Positions 15,217 through 22,952 of a stretch of DNA of 39,581 nt are shown one piece after another. The notes under the pieces were generated by a model that saw only the letters and a program-made list of their open reading frames with translations, had not been told where the DNA came from and made no database searches. The position numbers and the translations under genes are program-made. The stretch is from an uncultured Planctomycetaceae bacterium (GTDB taxonomy: Bacteria; Planctomycetota; Phycisphaerae; Phycisphaerales; Zrk34), in assembly GCA_964595475.1 (NCBI GenBank), contig CAZQQP010000001.1, forward strand, positions 9,569 to 49,149. Direction: 5' to 3'. Numbering within the stretch: the stretch's first letter is position 1; each line of letters starts with the position of its first letter.

Positions 15217-17802
15217 ATGCGGAGCGGAATCGGTCTCTGGGCTGCCATCGCAGCAACAGCGGCTGTAGGCTGGGCCAGCTCCGTCCAGGCCGAGGCCCAG
15301 GGGGAGCGGTTGTTCGAGCGAGTGGTCCGCCCCGCGCTCGCGCGGCACTGTTACGAGTGCCACTCGGCGGAGGCGGATGAGCTGAAGGGTGGCCTTCGGC
15401 TGGATCGGCCCCAGGGGCTTCGCCGGGGGGGTGACTCCGGGAAGCCGGCCGTGGTGCCCGGGAAGCCCGGGGAGAGCCGGCTGATCCGGGCCATCCGGTA
15501 CCAGCACGACGACTTGCAGATGCCGCCGGAGGAGAAGTTGCCGGCGGACGTCATCGCGGACATCGAAAAGTGGGTGCGGATGGGAGCGCCCGACCCGCGG
15601 CGGAAGCAGCAAGAGGACGGCTCCGAGACGGAGAGTAGCGACCTCAGCGACACCTGGGCGTACAAGCCGCCGACCCTTCCGAAGGTGCCGGAGGTCGACC
15701 ACGAGGGGTGGGCGAGGACGCCGATCGACCGTTTCATCCTCGCCCGCCTCGAGGAGGCCGGGTTGAGCCCGGTTCGCGACGCCACGCGACGGGCGTTGAT
15801 CCGGCGGGCGTCGTTCGATCTGCTCGGCCTGCCCCCCACACGCGACGCCGTGGAACGGTTTCTCGAGGACGACCGGCCCGGCGCCTTCGAGCGCGCGGTG
15901 GATCGGATGCTCGCCTCGCCTGCCTTCGGCGAGCGCTGGGGCCGACACTGGCTCGACGTGGCTCGCTACGCGGAGTCGACCGGTAAGGAGTGGAACTGGG
16001 CGTTTCCGCACGCGTGGCGATACCGCGACTACGTCATCGACGCGTTCAACGAGGACAAGCCCTACGACCAGTTCATCCGGGAGCAGCTCGCCGGCGACCT
16101 GTTGCCCGCGGACTCGGACGCCGAGCGGTCCGAGCAGCGGACCGCGACGGGCTTCCTGGCCATCGGGCCGAAGTCCGTCAGCATCGGCAACAACGGCAAG
16201 TTCCGGATGCAGGTGGCCGATGAGCAGATCCGGGCGACCTCGCGGGCGTTCCTCGGGCTGACCGTGGGGTGTGCCCGCTGCCACGACCACAAGTTCGACC
16301 CGGTCACCATGGAGGACTACTACGGGCTCGCGGGGATGTTCCTCAGCACGAAGACGCTGTTCGGGACGACCAGCAAGGGATACAAGGGCCAGAACAACAA
16401 CCAGGCGAGAGGCCTCGTCCCCATCGGTCCGAACGCGGACGAGCGGCAGAAGGCCGTGGAGAGCCACGAGAAGAAGCTCCAGAAGGTCGGGAAGCAGCTC
16501 AAGAAGAAGAAAAAGGCGCTGAAGAAGGCCAAGAAGAAGCTGAAGAAGCTCGAGGACGCCAAGCAGTCAGCGGGGAAAAAGGACAAGAGCAAGAAGAAGG
16601 CGAAGCAGGCGGAGAGGGCCCGGAAACGGGTGGAGAAGCTCCGGCAAAAGGTCGGGTCGCTCAAGGACCAGCGCAAGTCGCTGAAGAACAACCCCCCGAA
16701 GGAGCCGAAGTACACCATGGGCGTCCGCGATCGGGGCGACCCGGGGGATACGAAGCTCCGGAAGAACGGGGTCTTCAACAGCCGCGGGAAGAAGGTGGCC
16801 CGGGGCTTCCCGGCGGAGCTGACCGGCGAGAGCCCACCGGAGGTCCCCGACGACCGGAGCGGCCGGCGGGCTCTCGCGGAGTGGCTGACGCAGCCGCGTC
16901 ACCCCGTGACGGCGCGGGTGCTGGTCAACCGGGTCTGGCATTACCTCTTCGGCCGGGGCCTCGTCCGGACCGTGGACAATCTCGGCGTGCTCGGCAGGAA
17001 GCCGACCCACCCCAAGCTCCTCGACTACCTCGCCGTCCGGTTCGCCCGGGATGGGTGGTCCATCAAGCGGCTGATCCGGCGGATCATGGTCAGCCGCGTC
17101 TACCGGATGAGCACGGCGTATCAGGAGGCGGGCGGCTCGGCCGATCCGCGGAATCGTCTGCTGTGGCGGATGCGGCCGAAGCGACTCGACGCCGAGAGCC
17201 TGAGAGACGCCATGCTCGCCGCGAGCGGGGCCCTCGACCGGCGGCCCGTGGAGGGGTCGCCAGCGGTCCAGAGCCTTCCCAACGGGTGGATCGAGAAAGA
17301 GATTCACAAGAAGAAGTTCGAGAAGAGGATCCCGGAGCGCCGGCGGAGCGTCTACTTCCCGATCCTCCGGGGTCGCGTGCCCCAGGTGCTCGCCACGTTC
17401 GACTTCCCGCGGCCGAGCCTGGTGCAGGGGAACCGAGAAGTGACCACGGTGCCGAGCCAAGCGCTGTTCATGATGAACTCGCCGTTCGTTATCGAGCAGT
17501 CGCAGCGAATGGCCGACCGGCTGTTCCGGATGGCGCCCGGGTCGGCGGCCAAGCGGGTGAGCCTCGCTTACGAGCTGGCCTTGGTTCGGAAGCCTCGGCC
17601 GGAGGAGCGACGCCGAGCGGTGAAGTACGTCGAGGAGATCTCGAAGACGCTCGCGGGGAAGTTCGAGGACGAGCGGAAGCGACGGCGGAAAGCGTGGGCG
17701 AGCTTCTGTCAGACGCTGTTCGCGAGCGCGGAGTTTCGTTATCTGATCTCCGTGACGGGGGATGGCGCGACGGCGGACCCGGGGCGTGTGGCTCGGAAGT
17801 AG
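15217..17802 (+). CDS. PSCyt1 / DUF1549 (PSCyt2) / DUF1553 (PSD1) domain protein, exported
   Basis: ATG 15217 has AAGGA about 10 nt upstream; the 132 upstream codons of the ORF look non-coding. The signal is GLWAAIAATAAVGWASSVQA, followed by the haem motif CYECH. DUF1549-like sequence: TPIDRFILARLEEAGL...ASPAFGERWGRHWLDVARYAES. A Lys-rich coiled coil follows, then DUF1553-like CARCHDHKFDPVTMEDYYGLAGMF. Confidence 0.9.
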   Translation: MRSGIGLWAAIAATAAVGWASSVQAEAQGERLFERVVRPALARHCYECHSAEADELKGGLRLDRPQGLRRGGDSGKPAVVPGKPGESRLIRAIRYQHDDLQMPPEEKLPADVIADIEKWVRMGAPDPRRKQQEDGSETESSDLSDTWAYKPPTLPKVPEVDHEGWARTPIDRFILARLEEAGLSPVRDATRRALIRRASFDLLGLPPTRDAVERFLEDDRPGAFERAVDRMLASPAFGERWGRHWLDVARYAESTGKEWNWAFPHAWRYRDYVIDAFNEDKPYDQFIREQLAGDLLPADSDAERSEQRTATGFLAIGPKSVSIGNNGKFRMQVADEQIRATSRAFLGLTVGCARCHDHKFDPVTMEDYYGLAGMFLSTKTLFGTTSKGYKGQNNNQARGLVPIGPNADERQKAVESHEKKLQKVGKQLKKKKKALKKAKKKLKKLEDAKQSAGKKDKSKKKAKQAERARKRVEKLRQKVGSLKDQRKSLKNNPPKEPKYTMGVRDRGDPGDTKLRKNGVFNSRGKKVARGFPAELTGESPPEVPDDRSGRRALAEWLTQPRHPVTARVLVNRVWHYLFGRGLVRTVDNLGVLGRKPTHPKLLDYLAVRFARDGWSIKRLIRRIMVSRVYRMSTAYQEAGGSADPRNRLLWRMRPKRLDAESLRDAMLAASGALDRRPVEGSPAVQSLPNGWIEKEIHKKKFEKRIPERRRSVYFPILRGRVPQVLATFDFPRPSLVQGNREVTTVPSQALFMMNSPFVIEQSQRMADRLFRMAPGSAAKRVSLAYELALVRKPRPEERRRAVKYVEEISKTLAGKFEDERKRRRKAWASFCQTLFASAEFRYLISVTGDGATADPGRVARK

Positions 17803-17865
17803 AGAGCCTCCCGGGTCCACCCGACGGAGTCCGAAACAGCGGTGTTCCGCACAAAGGATCTCGAT

Positions 17866-19257
17866 ATGGCACAGTTCGATCTTTCCCGGCGGACGTTGCT
17901 GAAGGCGTCCTCGTGCGGCTTCGGCTACCTCGCCTTCTCGGCGTTGTCGAGCGAGCAGGCCGCGGCGGCGTATCGCAACCCGCTGGCGGCGAAGACGCCG
18001 CATTTCCAACCGCGTGCCAAGCGGGTGATCTTCCTCTGCATGCGTGGCGGCCCGTCGCACGTGGACACCTTCGACTACAAGCCGCAGCTCCAGAAGGACC
18101 ATGACAAGGCTGGGCCACGGAACAACCGGCGTCTGCTCGCTTCGCCATGGGACTTCAAGCGACGAGGACAGAGTGGGCTCTGGATCTCCGACCTCTTCCC
18201 GCACGTCGCCGAGCAGGCGGACGACCTCTGTGTCATCAAGAGCATGAAGGCCCAGACGGGGAATCACCAGCAGGCCTACGTCCAGCTTCACACGGGGGAG
18301 TCGCGCTTTGTCCGCCCTTCGTTCGGGTCGTGGGTGCTCTACGGCCTGGGCACCGAGAGTCAGAACATGCCGGGGTTCGTCAGCATCACCCCGCCGCCCG
18401 GGTTCAGCTACGGCGGGGCACAGAACTACGGCAGCGCCTTCCTCCCGTCCATCTACCAGGGCACGCGGCTGAAGGGCGCCAAGAGCCAGATTCCGAATAT
18501 CCGCAACGACGCGCTTCCGAGGGAGGCTCAGCGGAAGCAGATGGATCGGCTCCAGAGGATGAACCGCGAGCTGCTCGACCGGCAGGCGGTCGACCCGGAG
18601 AGCCAGCGGGTCGAGGGGCTGATCCAGGCGTACGAGCTCGGCTTCCGGATGCAAGAGGCCGTGCCGCAAGTGATGGACCTGCAAAACGAGCCGGAGAGCG
18701 TCCGGAAGATGTACGGGGTGGACGAGGGCTCCACCGACGCGTTCGGCCGCCAGTGTCTCCTCGCCCGTCGGTTCGCGGAAGAGGGCGTGCGGTTCATCGA
18801 GGTGAATCACGTGAACCAGTGGGACCACCACGGTGGGCTCACGAAGAACCTCGCGTCGAACTGCGAGGAGACGGACAAGCCCATCGCCGGCCTCCTTCAG
18901 GATCTGAAGCAGCGAGGGCTGCTCGAGGACACGCTGGTCATCTGGGGCGGCGAGTTCGGCCGCAATCCGGACGCCCAGGTGAAGGACAACGGCAAGCTGA
19001 CCAACGGCCGGGACCACAACCCCGGCGGCTTCACGTTCTGGATGGCCGGCGGTGGAGCGAAGCCGGGCTTCGCGTACGGCGAGACCGACGAATACGGCTT
19101 CAACGCTGCGAAGGACCCGGTGGGCATCCACGACTTCCACGCCACCGTGCTCCACATGCTCGGCCTGGACCACACGAAGCTGACGTACCGCTACGCGGGC
19201 CGGGACTTCCGGCTGACCGACGTGCACGGCAACGTGAAGAAGGGCATCTTCGCCTGA
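17866..19257 (+). CDS. DUF1501 (sulfatase-like fold) protein with twin-arginine signal
   Basis: ATG 17866 has AAAGGA 7 nt upstream; the ORF-track start at 17842 is GTG. Tat motif LSRRTLLKASS. Family motifs: VIFLCMRGGPSHVDTFDYKP and WGGEFGRNP...GRDHNPGGFTFWMAGGG. Confidence 0.9.
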   Translation: MAQFDLSRRTLLKASSCGFGYLAFSALSSEQAAAAYRNPLAAKTPHFQPRAKRVIFLCMRGGPSHVDTFDYKPQLQKDHDKAGPRNNRRLLASPWDFKRRGQSGLWISDLFPHVAEQADDLCVIKSMKAQTGNHQQAYVQLHTGESRFVRPSFGSWVLYGLGTESQNMPGFVSITPPPGFSYGGAQNYGSAFLPSIYQGTRLKGAKSQIPNIRNDALPREAQRKQMDRLQRMNRELLDRQAVDPESQRVEGLIQAYELGFRMQEAVPQVMDLQNEPESVRKMYGVDEGSTDAFGRQCLLARRFAEEGVRFIEVNHVNQWDHHGGLTKNLASNCEETDKPIAGLLQDLKQRGLLEDTLVIWGGEFGRNPDAQVKDNGKLTNGRDHNPGGFTFWMAGGGAKPGFAYGETDEYGFNAAKDPVGIHDFHATVLHMLGLDHTKLTYRYAGRDFRLTDVHGNVKKGIFA

Positions 19258-19272
19258 TGCCGCGGGCGGGGC

Positions 19273-21735
19273 TCACCGCCCTTCGGGGTCGCGGAAGGCC
19301 CGAGCGTGGAGGCCGCCATCCTCGGTGACGCGGACGGTAATCGCCCCGTCCCGAGCAGTGACCCACCGTCGAAAGCCGGGAAGGCGTCCCGACCACTTGT
19401 CGTGCCGGAAGCGTCGGCGACCGCACGACTGGAGCAGGTGGGCGGGGTCCACCCCGTTCACCCAGCTGTCGGCGGTCTCGTGGTAGGCCCCGTGGTGCGG
19501 GAGCTCAAGGACGTCCGCGGCGGGAGGCGACAGCGCCTCCATGGCGGCGGCCTCGATGTCTCCGGTGAGGAGCACGCGGCGGCCGGCGGCGCGGAAGGAG
19601 AGGACCAGCGAGTTGTTGTTATCCTTTTCCCGGCGCACTTGCGCCGGGGGCCAGAGCGCGCGGAGCTTCCCTCGTCCCAAAGACCGCTCCCACCCCGCCG
19701 AAATCGTGCGTATGGGCACATCCTGCGCTCGGAGGAGCTCGAGCAGCCGCTTCGCCGCTTTCTGCTCCCGCGCTGCTTCGAGGAAATGGGGAGTTATGAG
19801 AACGCGCCGGACACGGAAGCGGTCGACGAGCTCGACAGCGCCGCTGAAGTGGTCGAGATCCGCGTGGGAGAGGACGAGCGTGTCGACCCGCCGCACGCCG
19901 AGCGACCGCAACGCGGGGCCCACTGTTGCCGTCGTGATGTCGATGTAGCTCCTCGACCCACAATCGAACAGCAGGGTCTCGTGGTCGCTGCGGAGCAGGA
20001 TCGCCGAGCCCGCGCCGACCGCGAACATGCGGACCTCGGCGACGGGTGAATTGGGGAGGTGGGGGCGGACCGTCGCCCACGCCGCGGGGAAGAACAGCCA
20101 GACGCTGCAAATGCACGCCGACGCGACCACGCGCCATCGCCCGCCCGCGTACCACCCGCCGAGCGCCGCGGCGACCACCGCGAGACACGTCGCGGCCCAT
20201 GCCGCGGAGGGCGCGGCCACATCGACGGTGGCGTAGGGCACGTCCGACGCCCAGCGGGCGGCGCCGGCGATCGCGTCCGCGAGCCCGAGAAGCGGTGCGG
20301 CCAGCCATGACCCGGCGGCGGGCCAGAGGAGCGTCAGCACCACCTTGAAATAGGCTGCCCACAGGAGGACGGCGACCGGCGGAAGGAGGAGCACCGTCCA
20401 GACCACCGTGAAGGGGCTCAGAAAGTGGAAGTGGTAGGCGACCAACGGCAGCGCCACGAGCCACGCGACCGCGCTGACCACCACCCAGCCGACCGCGATC
20501 CGCCCGACGCGGCGGAGGAGCGAAGCGCTCGGATCGCCGACGCCCATGATCCGTTCGGAGGCCGGCCGGGCGAAGAGGATGAGCCCCGCGACGATGCCGA
20601 AGCTCAGCTGGAAGCCGGGAGAGAAGAGGTCGGACGGCTCCCAGACGAGCAGCACCAGCGCGGCCGCCGCGAGCAAGGCGGTCGGCGGCGCTCGCCGCCC
20701 GCGTGCCAAGGCGACACCGCCCACCGCCACCATGGCGCCGGCACGGAGGATTGGAATGCGGGCCGGGACCACGAGGAGGTAGACACCCACGCCCAGGATC
20801 GCGGCGAGGACCGCCCAGCGGGGCCGCCCCGTCGCCGCGGCTACGGCGATCCAGATGCCGGCCGCGAGGATGCCAAGGTGCAGGCCGCTGATCGAAAGGA
20901 TGTGGCCCAGGCCGATCCGCCGCATCGTCTGCTCGAGGCCGGGACTGAGCCGATCTCGATTGCCGAGGAGAAGCGCGTCGAGGAGGCCGCGGCCCCCGTG
21001 GCGCTGCGGCGGGAGATCGCGCCGCAGCGCCCACGCGGCGGCGAGCTGCAGCGTCTCGCGAGCTCTCGCCAGCGCTGACGCGGTGACCCCTTCCCGCCGC
21101 TCCCAGTTGCCCGGTGCCTCCAGGGAGAGCCGGCCGACCACGCCGCGAAGCGCCATGGCCTTCCCGTAGTCCGCGACGCCCGGATTCGCCGGCGGCTCGA
21201 ACTCCCGGAGCCAGCCACGAGCACGGATTCGATCGCCCGGGTGGATCCGCCGGTCGAGCGCGGGCACGCCCACTCGGACCACCACGCCCGTGGGCAGCGA
21301 CCCGTCGGGCCCGAGCACCCGCTCCACCCGCATGTCGAACGATGTCTTCGGCGGGCGATAGTCGAACGCCCCCATCGCACCGGGCGACTCGATCCGATAG
21401 CTCGGCGGGCTCACGACCGTCCCCTGGACCTCCACGAGGCGCTCCTCCTCGAGAAGATCCTGCCACGGTTGGACGCGTCCGGCCGCGGAGGTCTCCCACC
21501 GAGCCCCCGCCATCGCCGCGGCGACGAGACACGCACCGGCGAGGGCCACCTGTGGCCTTCCCCGCATCCAGCCGCCCGCGGCGATCGGCAAGGCGACGGC
21601 CGCCACGGCCCACGCCCAGGACGGGGCCCAACCGAGCCGAGCGGCGCAGGTGCCGACCCCCCACGCGAGGAGCAGCCAGTGGATGGGCTGAGTCGGCCCG
21701 AGAGGTGTCGCGACGGTGGTGGAACGGAACCCCAT
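19273..21735 (-). CDS. comEC: DNA internalisation competence protein ComEC/Rec2 with metallo-beta-lactamase domain
   Basis: Polytopic membrane protein with the competence-domain motif RRIGLGHILSISGLHLGILAAG. The C-terminal MBL domain carries VLSHADLDHFSGA and LELPHHGA. Confidence 0.9.
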   Translation of the reverse strand: MGFRSTTVATPLGPTQPIHWLLLAWGVGTCAARLGWAPSWAWAVAAVALPIAAGGWMRGRPQVALAGACLVAAAMAGARWETSAAGRVQPWQDLLEEERLVEVQGTVVSPPSYRIESPGAMGAFDYRPPKTSFDMRVERVLGPDGSLPTGVVVRVGVPALDRRIHPGDRIRARGWLREFEPPANPGVADYGKAMALRGVVGRLSLEAPGNWERREGVTASALARARETLQLAAAWALRRDLPPQRHGGRGLLDALLLGNRDRLSPGLEQTMRRIGLGHILSISGLHLGILAAGIWIAVAAATGRPRWAVLAAILGVGVYLLVVPARIPILRAGAMVAVGGVALARGRRAPPTALLAAAALVLLVWEPSDLFSPGFQLSFGIVAGLILFARPASERIMGVGDPSASLLRRVGRIAVGWVVVSAVAWLVALPLVAYHFHFLSPFTVVWTVLLLPPVAVLLWAAYFKVVLTLLWPAAGSWLAAPLLGLADAIAGAARWASDVPYATVDVAAPSAAWAATCLAVVAAALGGWYAGGRWRVVASACICSVWLFFPAAWATVRPHLPNSPVAEVRMFAVGAGSAILLRSDHETLLFDCGSRSYIDITTATVGPALRSLGVRRVDTLVLSHADLDHFSGAVELVDRFRVRRVLITPHFLEAAREQKAAKRLLELLRAQDVPIRTISAGWERSLGRGKLRALWPPAQVRREKDNNNSLVLSFRAAGRRVLLTGDIEAAAMEALSPPAADVLELPHHGAYHETADSWVNGVDPAHLLQSCGRRRFRHDKWSGRLPGFRRWVTARDGAITVRVTEDGGLHARAFRDPEGR

Positions 21736-21750
21736 CTCACCCGCCTATGA

Positions 21751-21789
21751 TAAAACCCCGTTTTCGGTGGAGGGCTACCGAAAACGGGG
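21751..21789 (-). terminator. Strong rho-independent terminator 15 nt upstream of the comEC start
   Basis: On the minus strand there is a 12-bp perfect stem CCCCGTTTTCGG/CCGAAAACGGGG with a 10-nt loop (21756-21789), followed by TTTTA (21755-21751). The T-run is on the minus-strand side only. Confidence 0.6.
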
Positions 21790-22074
21790 CGGAGGAGGAG
21801 AATGAGCGGCGTGTCGGGAGGCGTCGCGCCGTTTGGCGCGCCCGCGGCACCTCGCTAAAATGTGCTCTCGCCTCGAAAAGAGGCGAGCGAAGGCGTCGCT
21901 CGAACGTCCGGGCCGGTCCCCTCGAGCCGGATGGCTCGCCCACTCACTGAGGGACACTACCCGCGGCCCGACGCCTCCACTGCGGCGGACGGGTTTTAAG
22001 CCAGCGGACGTCCGACCGACGACCGCTTCCGTGCGTCCTTCGCTGCCGCACTCCTTTCCCCGACGAACAACGTG

Positions 22075-22533
22075 CTACTCCTCCTTGGAGCGCATCATCC
22101 GCCGAGGGTTCATCAACATCTCCGGCTTCCTCTCCAGGATCTCCTGCACGCTCTGTTCCCAACTTTGCCGGTCCTGCAGCTCCAAGTGGTCCTTCACCCC
22201 GATCAGGACGACATCCCGACCGAGCCCCGCGAGCCGGAGCAGCCGCTCCGGCAAGCGAATCCTCCCCTGCGGGTCGATCTCCAACCGCTGGGCCAGCGAG
22301 TAGAAGATCTTCTCGTACTCCAAGACCTCGTCCGCCGGCCGTTCCGAGTTGTCGAGCTCCTCGCTCCGCTTCTCGAAGCCCCGCGGCGTGTAGAGGCAGA
22401 GGGTCGGCCCCTCTTGGAGCACGGCGTAGAGGCTGTCGGCTCCGTCGGCCCCCACCTGGTGCCGGATGTCCGAAGGGATGGCCAGACGACCCTTCGAATC
22501 GATCGTGTGTTCGTACGTGCCGACGAAAAGCAC
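22075..22533 (-). CDS. mraZ: Transcriptional regulator MraZ
   Basis: GTG 22533 has GAGGG 6 nt upstream. Two MraZ repeats are present: YEHTIDSKGRLAIPSDIR and LEIDPQGRIRLPERLL. Confidence 0.9.
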   Translation of the reverse strand: MLFVGTYEHTIDSKGRLAIPSDIRHQVGADGADSLYAVLQEGPTLCLYTPRGFEKRSEELDNSERPADEVLEYEKIFYSLAQRLEIDPQGRIRLPERLLRLAGLGRDVVLIGVKDHLELQDRQSWEQSVQEILERKPEMLMNPRRMMRSKEE

Positions 22534-22594
22534 ATCACGCCCTCGTTCCTCCAGACCCGTGGAGACGGGTCGCCCTGTCCGCCCTCTCCACTGC

Positions 22595-22653
22595 GTGGGA
22601 ATTTATCCCACATCGCCCCACAGGTCAACACGAAATTGGGCCGGTGCCCCAAA
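22595..22653 (-). promoter_or_regulatory. Candidate mraZ promoter with MraZ-box-like TGGGN repeats
   Basis: On the minus strand: TTGACC (22628-22623), 17-nt spacer, TAAATT (22605-22600). The spacer reads TGTGGGGCGATGTGGGA, i.e. two TGGGN repeats 10 bp apart (GTGGG at 22621-22617 and 22611-22607). There is an inverted GTGGG at 22595-22599 and another GTGGG at 22653-22649. Confidence 0.45.
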
Positions 22654-22895
22654 ATCGTCCCACGGCCCGCAGGAAGGGGTGCCCTCCGCCGGCACGCGGG
22701 ACCGCCGGAAGGCGGAACGGGCGAGCTCGTGAACCGCGTCGCGTGGGGGGGACGGCCGACGCGGTTGCATCGGACAGAGCGCGTCGCTCGCGAACGGCGC
22801 GGGAAGCGACGAGGGTGGAGCCCGCCCCTGTGTGGAGACGAGCGGACGGCGTGAGGACCGGTGGCGGGTGTCCGCGGCCCCGCACGCGATCGACC

Positions 22896-22924
22896 TTGAC
22901 CCGCGGGCCACCGCGAGCTAGCTT
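22896..22924 (+). promoter_or_regulatory. Candidate promoter for the clan-CD peptidase-like gene
   Basis: TTGACC (22896-22901), 17-nt spacer, TAGCTT (22919-22924), about 30 nt upstream of ATG 22953. Confidence 0.35.
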
Positions 22925-22952
22925 GCTCTCGCTTCCAGTTGGAGCGGTTCCA

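Noticed and set aside
16480-16690. An AAG-rich polypurine tract considered as a repeat or mobile-element remnant.
   Set aside because: It is in frame within the PSD1-family gene and encodes a Lys/Ala/Glu coiled-coil linker between the DUF1549 and DUF1553 regions. There are no flanking direct or inverted repeats.
18803-18818. A parS-like 16-mer, TGAATCACGTGAACCA, inside the DUF1501 gene.
   Set aside because: It matches canonical parS at only 13 of 16 positions, with two mismatches in the left arm. It lies in coding sequence (EVNHVNQW). My back-of-envelope estimate assuming uniform base composition gives of the order of 0.1-0.3 such matches per window by chance. It is worth including in a ChIP-seq check but not callable.
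16567-19227. An 886-aa minus-strand ORF spanning the PSD1 and DUF1501 genes.
   Set aside because: It is antisense to two genes with clear family motifs. Its translation is Arg/Pro/Gly/Leu/Val-rich with no recognisable domain. This is the typical stop-codon-poor antisense frame of a high-GC genome.
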